Source: a virus
DNA length: 64,000 nucleotides
Virus record (IMG/VR): IMGVR_UViG_3300028883_000046
Span: 1-64,000 of that record
Direction: 5' to 3' (one strand)
Shown here: positions 58,331 through 64,000 of the stretch, piece by piece
How positions within the stretch are numbered: position 1 is the stretch's first letter
Layout of the letters: each line of letters opens with the position of its first letter
Program-made: the position numbers and the translations under genes
Notes under the pieces: generated by a model
What the model was told of the DNA's origin: nothing
The model's database searches: none
The model's input: the letters and a program-made list of their open reading frames with translations, nothing else

Positions 58331-58343
58331 TTTACTCTCCTTT

Positions 58344-59369
58344 TTAGACGTTTAAGGCGATTACATGCTTAAACTCTTCCTGTTCAAAAATTATTCTATT
58401 GGAGGAATAATAAAAAATAACGTTTCTACTGGAAATCTTTTTTAGAATATCGATAAGATAGCTTGGATTAACTATCATTTCTATATCCTCTTTTATTTTC
58501 GATTTCATCCTGCCTTTTTCTAAACTTGATCCAAAATCATTTTTGGATGAAATTTCAAACTTTTTGTTTTTTTGAATAACTATACTTATTTCCTCTTTTT
58601 TCAATGACTCTCCGGAGGCAAATATTTTGCACCTTTCTATCGCCTTTAAAAATCCTATTCTGTTTGTTTCCAGTTTTACTTCCTTTTCGAAAATTTCTTC
58701 TTTTATTTTTGGATACTCCGCAACAAGAAGAGGAATCTTGATATAATACTTTTCGCTTTTAAACTCTATACTCTTCTTTCCAACATGATAGAAATCCAAT
58801 CCAAGATTTTCTATTAAGGAAACGCATTGACTTGATAGAACAAAATCTTTGGAAAGCGGATTAGAAAACGGATAATAGGAGCATCTATTTTCATCTGTAG
58901 TTATCAACCCATCCTCAAATATCCCAAAATAAGTCAATATCCAGTTAATACTTTCTTTTGACAAAGATATTTTACAGAAAGATAAGGCCGGAAAGAAGTT
59001 TTTCGGGATTGCTTCCCATTTCTTTGTTTTCTTGATTTTTGGGAAATCAATCTCTTCTTCTACAAAGGGAATTTTTGCTACTATTTTACCTTTGTCCTTA
59101 TGTTTTATTTTTATAAAATTTTCGCTCGATACAATTTCAATTTCCTTTTTTGGATTAAGGCTTTCAAGTAGTTTTTGAAACTTATCAAACATGATTACGC
59201 AATCCTTAATATCATGTTTTAATTTTGCCTCAATATACATCTCTTGACTTTTTGTGATTAGTTTATTCTCAGAGAATTTTAAATAAGAAGTATTTATGGA
59301 CGTATCCGAAGAAGAGATATTAAAAAGATTTTTTGTTAACTCTGAAATGTTTTCAACTATTGCCTTCAT
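58344..59369 (-). CDS. Sliding clamp (DnaN-like)
   Basis: 341 aa, TD..R, YP, NP.YL.D.L; adjacent to the clamp loader. Confidence 0.7.
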   Translation of the reverse strand: MKAIVENISELTKNLFNISSSDTSINTSYLKFSENKLITKSQEMYIEAKLKHDIKDCVIMFDKFQKLLESLNPKKEIEIVSSENFIKIKHKDKGKIVAKIPFVEEEIDFPKIKKTKKWEAIPKNFFPALSFCKISLSKESINWILTYFGIFEDGLITTDENRCSYYPFSNPLSKDFVLSSQCVSLIENLGLDFYHVGKKSIEFKSEKYYIKIPLLVAEYPKIKEEIFEKEVKLETNRIGFLKAIERCKIFASGESLKKEEISIVIQKNKKFEISSKNDFGSSLEKGRMKSKIKEDIEMIVNPSYLIDILKKISSRNVIFYYSSNRIIFEQEEFKHVIALNV

Positions 59370-60550
59370 ATCATTTCCCTTCCCTCAATTAGTTGATAGG
59401 CTTTTTTATTGTCTTTGAATTCTGGGCCAATGTATTCGAATATCGCGCACGGGCGGGAGACTGCTTTCCTAAGCTTTGAAACCGATCTATCGGAGATTGT
59501 CTCAACTTTTAAAAAAGAATCGATATCAAGCTTGGTATACTGCATAATATCAGCTTTTTTGGTTTGTTTCCACTCTTCCGATCTCTTGAAAGATTTTATA
59601 AGAGCAGGATGTGCCGGATACGTTTTCAACCTGTAACCAATTGACTTATACGCTCCTGCAAGTGCTTTTAGCAAAATCATTGATAGACCTAATCCTTGCC
59701 AGTCGGGAAGAGTAACAAGTCTTGATACTCCCAAAAGATTTTGATGTTTTGATCTGGATATAGGTCTGTTAAGAATTCCCGCAAAGGATACAACTTCTTC
59801 ATTTATGAATAAGCCAAAACACTTCGCTCCTTTATTTAGTTTGGCAGTTAAATAGTGAAACGGAGCGAAAATTTCCCATGTTGCATAGGGCACTCTTCGG
59901 ACTTCGCAATCAATAAGTGGTCGGTGGATTTGTTGAAGTAACCCCCTTGGTCTGAAAGTCATTGTGGCAGGTTCAAATACCCAATCCGGGTTGAGCCACT
60001 CTTCAATATCGTTATGACAAGATATTGCCACAAATTGTTTTTTACTTTTTCTTCTGATATATTTTTGAATGGCAAAAGAACAAATATTTGCCACTTGTCT
60101 ATCAACAACGGATGAAAATTCATCTACAACAATAGGAGATGGAAGTTCCAAAATTCTTCTTGCCATCTCTACTCTGAATTTTTCACCCATAGACAAAACC
60201 TTATAAGGACGAAGCCATGCGGGAATAGTGTTAAAGCCTACAGCCTGACAAGCCATTGATATATCCTCTATTGAAAGCGACTTGTCAAAATCATCTATAA
60301 CCGACTTTCTCTTCCACTCCAAATTCTTATGATAATTTTCTTTAAATATCTCTTTACCAATTACTGATTTGCCACAACCGCTTGGGCCTGTAATAAGTCC
60401 TATTGACCAATCCATGTTGTCTATAGGCAAGCTTCCTTTCCATTTTATCGTTTTGTTTTTCTTTGATGGTACATCAAACATCGATTCCAATTGACGGCAC
60501 CTGATAGATCTGCTTTGCTCGTAATCTATAGCGATATTAATAGTTGGCAT
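59366..60550 (-). CDS. ABC-type ATPase fused to GNAT acetyltransferase
   Basis: GPSGCGKS, LSMGEKFR, VDEFSSVVDR, SCH; then FHYL and SRLVTLPDWQGLGL. Confidence 0.88.
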   Translation of the reverse strand: MPTINIAIDYEQSRSIRCRQLESMFDVPSKKNKTIKWKGSLPIDNMDWSIGLITGPSGCGKSVIGKEIFKENYHKNLEWKRKSVIDDFDKSLSIEDISMACQAVGFNTIPAWLRPYKVLSMGEKFRVEMARRILELPSPIVVDEFSSVVDRQVANICSFAIQKYIRRKSKKQFVAISCHNDIEEWLNPDWVFEPATMTFRPRGLLQQIHRPLIDCEVRRVPYATWEIFAPFHYLTAKLNKGAKCFGLFINEEVVSFAGILNRPISRSKHQNLLGVSRLVTLPDWQGLGLSMILLKALAGAYKSIGYRLKTYPAHPALIKSFKRSEEWKQTKKADIMQYTKLDIDSFLKVETISDRSVSKLRKAVSRPCAIFEYIGPEFKDNKKAYQLIEGREMI

Positions 60551-60723
60551 TTTAAACCTCTCTTTTCAAATTCTTTTAATAATCGTCTTTGTTGTTTTTC
60601 TCCTTCGCAGCTTATTACTATTTTATAGTTATATTTATCATCAAAAGAAATCTTCTTTTTGGATTTGATTTTTGCTTCTTTAAAGAAACTTGATAGAGGA
60701 GAGCTTTTATTTTCCTTTGACAT
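60526..60723 (-). CDS. Small partner protein of the ABC-GNAT gene
   Basis: YKIVISC.GE.QQ..L...F..RG.KC; GGGAG RBS at MSKENK. Confidence 0.7.
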   Translation of the reverse strand: MSKENKSSPLSSFFKEAKIKSKKKISFDDKYNYKIVISCEGEKQQRRLLKEFEKRGLKCQLLISL

Positions 60724-60744
60724 AGTTTTTATCTCCCTATAAAC

Positions 60745-60782
60745 AAAAAAAGCGGTGGTTGATTTTCGCAACCACCGCTTTA
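60745..60782 (-). terminator. Intrinsic terminator
   Basis: AAAGCGGTGGTTG / CAACCACCGCTTT stem with T-tract on -. Confidence 0.88.
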
Positions 60783-60816
60783 TAGGATAATTTCTACATA
60801 TTAGGACCGATGCTTT

Positions 60817-61659
60817 TTATTTGTTCAGCTTGTAAACATCTTTCTTCTCGTTGTGATCGATGGCACCGATGATAACGCAGGCGGTGATAATGATCTTCAC
60901 GAAGTTTTTGATTGCGCTTGTTGTCTCGCCCATCTCTTCGCGTTTTGCTTTGGCAAGATCCACAATATCCTTCATTTTGAAGGCTTTCTTCTGTGAGGCG
61001 ATCACGTTGGCAACGACTTCGGGGATGGTGGCGCCCTTCTTCTTCTTTTCGAACCCGCGGCCGGAGCTCTTCTTGCCTTTCTTGCCTTTCTTGCTTTTCT
61101 TCTTGGATGATTTTTCTTCCTCTTCATCCTCATCCTCGTCTTCGTCCTCGTCTTCGTCTTCGTCTTCCTTGGCGGCTTTCTTGCTTTTCTTGCCGGCTTT
61201 TTTCTTGCCCTTGGCTTTCTTCTTGCCCTTGGCTTTCTTGGCCGGCTTCTCTTCTTCTTCCTCTTCGTCCTCGTCCTCGTCTTCGTCTTCATCCTCGTCT
61301 TCGTCTTCGTCGTCTTCGTCTTCGTCTTCGTCGTCCTCGTCTTCGTCGTCCTCGTCCTCATTCTCATCTTTCTTGGATTTCTTGGCGGACTTCTTGCCCT
61401 TGGCTTTTTTGATTTCTTCGGGCTCGTCCTCTTCTTCCTGCTCTTCGACATATTCAAGGACGGTATCATAGTACTTGAGGATCTTTTTGCTTACCTCGTC
61501 GATTTTCCCGTCGTCGTCGATCTCTTCAATGGCGGATACGAAATCTTCGGCCAGCTCATCCACATCCTTGGTCTTGGTGTCGATTGCTTCGGTGAGATCC
61601 AACTTGTTGAGTGCCTTTGCCATCTTTACCAGATCTTTAAGCTGAATTTTTTTTGCCAT
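60817..61659 (-). CDS. Protein with alternating Asp/Glu and Lys/Ala blocks and a possible C-terminal winged helix
   Basis: Composition; own promoter and terminator; GC3-shifted codons. Confidence 0.8.
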   Translation of the reverse strand: MAKKIQLKDLVKMAKALNKLDLTEAIDTKTKDVDELAEDFVSAIEEIDDDGKIDEVSKKILKYYDTVLEYVEEQEEEDEPEEIKKAKGKKSAKKSKKDENEDEDDEDEDDEDEDEDDEDEDEDEDEDEDEDEEEEEEKPAKKAKGKKKAKGKKKAGKKSKKAAKEDEDEDEDEDEDEDEEEEKSSKKKSKKGKKGKKSSGRGFEKKKKGATIPEVVANVIASQKKAFKMKDIVDLAKAKREEMGETTSAIKNFVKIIITACVIIGAIDHNEKKDVYKLNK

Positions 61660-61806
61660 GATTTTACTTCTCCTAAGTTTTTTTGATGAATGTTTTTGGT
61701 TATCCTCTTTTGTCTACAATTACTAATTGCCCATGAACCTCCTTTTTTAATTAAGTAAGTTGCCAAGCAAGTATCACAGTTTCCTGCCTCAATTTCATTC
61801 AAATAC

Positions 61807-61815
61807 ATTATAGCA
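61807..61815 (-). promoter_or_regulatory. Extended -10 promoter TGCTATAAT
   Basis: Consensus TGnTATAAT upstream of gene 60817-61659. Confidence 0.55.
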
Positions 61816-61876
61816 GATTAATCAAAAAAACAATTGTTTCAAAAACAAGGCAACAATTGTTATCCTAACCATTATC

Positions 61877-62320
61877 CTAATCAAGGAGGCCTGTTATTTT
61901 ATTATATGCCTCGCTTCTCTCGCCTGTTAGATAAATATGAAGGTTATTGTCTTGATAATAAATTTTGTAGTACGGGAAAAGATCTTTTAGAGAAGTAATG
62001 ATTTTGCGACTTGCTAATCTCATGATTAATCTTTCAACCTGATAATTATAAAAAAAACTTTTCGTTCCGTTTACATAATAGCGGTTCATATTAAAAAAAA
62101 TATTCATAAAGGATAGCCTTATAACACTTTTGCCAATGTAGAAAACACTTTTATCATAAAATCTTATTTTCATTTTGGCAATTTTTCTTTTAAGGTTATC
62201 CTTAACAGCACCAATATTTTTTATTTCATTGCCTATACAGTTTTTAATAACATCTTTTGCCACAAGGCGAAGATAATCCATTTCAACAAACAGGTTTTCT
62301 TCTACAAAATTTCTTTTCAT
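61877..62320 (-). CDS. Hypothetical protein
   Basis: GAGG RBS before MKRNFVEE. Confidence 0.65.
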   Translation of the reverse strand: MKRNFVEENLFVEMDYLRLVAKDVIKNCIGNEIKNIGAVKDNLKRKIAKMKIRFYDKSVFYIGKSVIRLSFMNIFFNMNRYYVNGTKSFFYNYQVERLIMRLASRKIITSLKDLFPYYKIYYQDNNLHIYLTGERSEAYNKITGLLD

Positions 62321-62324
62321 AACC

Positions 62325-63971
62325 TCACTCCTTTTTTTCTTTCGAAACGGGATAATGCGTATTGTAGTTATGCCAAAATTCACTATCCAACATCGCATGG
62401 CACGTTTCGAGGCGCTGGGTTAACATTACTTCTGAGTTAAGAAGTCTCCCTTTCCGTTTGAAAAGCATTCCTACCCTTTGTAAACCAAGTTCTTTTTCTA
62501 ATTCGGAACTATTTATTGTGATTCTCATATCAAGATGGGCGTCCTTAGTTTTACTTTCACTTGTGTCCATTACGCCGATGGATCTTTTACCTCTTGCTGA
62601 TTTTATTGTTTGATCTGCTAACAGTATAAGGGCGTCCAGCTCTTGAGATAAACCCGCGCACTTCTTCCAATTGTAGTCGATATTAAATCTATCCATCAAG
62701 TTGCCCTCTATAGGTCGCATAATGTCTGGATAGTCGATCATGATTATATCTGGTTTAAAGTTCTTTTTAGAGGTATAAGTTTTTATGTAGGTTATTACAT
62801 CGTCGAGAGTGGCAGAAAAGCGCGGGAAGCATCTCATTCGGTAATTGTTTATACCAAAAGGGATAAATTTCTTTACTGTGTTTATTATTCTCTTCTCGCT
62901 TATAGGTTTTATTTTTATTACTTTGAACCAAATTGCAGGAATAAATCTTTTTGTTTTCTTCGCTCTTTTATCTTGCTTGTTTCTACACTTTTGGCAAACT
63001 CTCCAATCTCTTCTTTCATTGTAGGAAACCAAATCGTCTATCGAGTAAAGTAAATCTTTTGCGTTTAATTTTCTTTTTCTAACCTCGCATGTTCCAAACT
63101 GATTATTTTCACAATCAAAAACGGGTATAATTAACTCTCCTGCATGTTCATGGTCTAATGCATAGTTGCCAAGTCTTTGCCACAATCTTTCTTGTTTGTC
63201 TTCAATTGGCATTTCAAGATTTATATCCAATATTTTTAGCTTATGATGAATTACTCCTCTATATCCTACTTCTTGCATAAAGTGAGTCTTGCCAGATTTT
63301 TCAACACCGGTTATTGCTATTAGCTTCGATCTTGAAAATGGCCCTATAAAACTACCTATAGCTCCTGGAAGTCTAAACAATTCGTTTTTGTCTTTTTCTT
63401 CTCCATAATATTTTCTTACCGCTCTAATACTTGCCGGCTTTACTGTCCCAAGCTCTGGATCAAAATCCTCTTCTACTATAGGATTATATTCTTTTATTAT
63501 CTTGTCTATATCCTCGATTTTATTTGATTGGATTTTTGCCTGCAAATTTGAAATGACTATTTCCGCTTCCTGTCTTTTTACAAATCGTGGTATTATCTCT
63601 TTCTTTATAAACTCAGGATTAACTCCCACCTCTTGAGTTTTGGCGAACTCTTCTGCAAGTCTATCCAAATACTCTTCAACAATCCTTGCGGTATCTTTGT
63701 TTAAGGATTTGCTATAGCTTCTAAAAACTTCTTTGATAGTTTGTTTGGGAGCTTTTGAATAGTCGCCGTGGTACTTCATTAGCCATCTAAATATAGGCTG
63801 AAAGTATTGTCCAAAGTGCTTTGTCTTTATCTGGCCCGACTTGTATTTCTCGTAAACAAAAAGAAGTATTTCGTCAAACATGATCGAGTAAGACAATATG
63901 AACCATTCGTCCTCATAGATATCCTGCGACTCAAGTTCCAATATGTCGCTTAACTTTCTTCCCATATTCAA
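62325..63971 (-). CDS. dnaB: Replicative helicase, DnaB-like, with Cys-rich insertion
   Basis: GVEKSGKT, NLEM, IMIDYPD, ADQ, SESK.K..H.D; CENNQFGTC...CQKC insert. Confidence 0.8.
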   Translation of the reverse strand: MNMGRKLSDILELESQDIYEDEWFILSYSIMFDEILLFVYEKYKSGQIKTKHFGQYFQPIFRWLMKYHGDYSKAPKQTIKEVFRSYSKSLNKDTARIVEEYLDRLAEEFAKTQEVGVNPEFIKKEIIPRFVKRQEAEIVISNLQAKIQSNKIEDIDKIIKEYNPIVEEDFDPELGTVKPASIRAVRKYYGEEKDKNELFRLPGAIGSFIGPFSRSKLIAITGVEKSGKTHFMQEVGYRGVIHHKLKILDINLEMPIEDKQERLWQRLGNYALDHEHAGELIIPVFDCENNQFGTCEVRKRKLNAKDLLYSIDDLVSYNERRDWRVCQKCRNKQDKRAKKTKRFIPAIWFKVIKIKPISEKRIINTVKKFIPFGINNYRMRCFPRFSATLDDVITYIKTYTSKKNFKPDIIMIDYPDIMRPIEGNLMDRFNIDYNWKKCAGLSQELDALILLADQTIKSARGKRSIGVMDTSESKTKDAHLDMRITINSSELEKELGLQRVGMLFKRKGRLLNSEVMLTQRLETCHAMLDSEFWHNYNTHYPVSKEKKE

Positions 63972-64000
63972 CCTTTCTTTGGCTAACTTGCCAGATATTT

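Larger units (their letters stand above)
1..64000. mobile_element. Tailed bacteriophage genome segment (long non-contractile tail architecture)
   Basis: Terminase, portal, scaffold, capsid, tail tube, tape measure and tail tip in canonical order on +; replication genes on -; no host housekeeping context. Confidence 0.97.

Noticed and set aside
1-64000. Stop-codon reassignment, tRNA genes, integrase
   Set aside because: Genes are intact in the standard code with all three stops used; no cloverleaf or recombinase motif was recognised by eye.

Overview
The whole window is part of a tailed dsDNA phage genome with a siphovirus-type tail. A lipoprotein in the lysis block suggests a Gram-negative host. 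No integrase, tRNA or CRISPR array was seen. The + strand arm (1472-38818) carries packaging, head, tail and lysis genes followed by a glycan-synthesis cluster: five glycosyltransferases, two SAM methyltransferases and a hexapeptide O-acetyltransferase. It converges at a bidirectional terminator (38840-38880) with a - strand replication/recombination arm: DnaB, ABC-ATPase/GNAT fusion, clamp, clamp loader, DnaE fused to a family-4 UDG, SSB, RecA, 5'-3' exonuclease, split SbcC plus SbcD, resolvase, ThyA-like enzyme and dCMP deaminase. The strongest signal is a candidate phage-encoded mucin-type O-glycosylation system. Six proteins of the virion module carry poly-Thr/Ser tails, including two mini-proteins and a 122-aa mucin-like tract. 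The last glycosyltransferase has the DxH and GGEN motifs of polypeptide GalNAc-transferases. All functional calls come from motif recognition by eye; no database searches were run.
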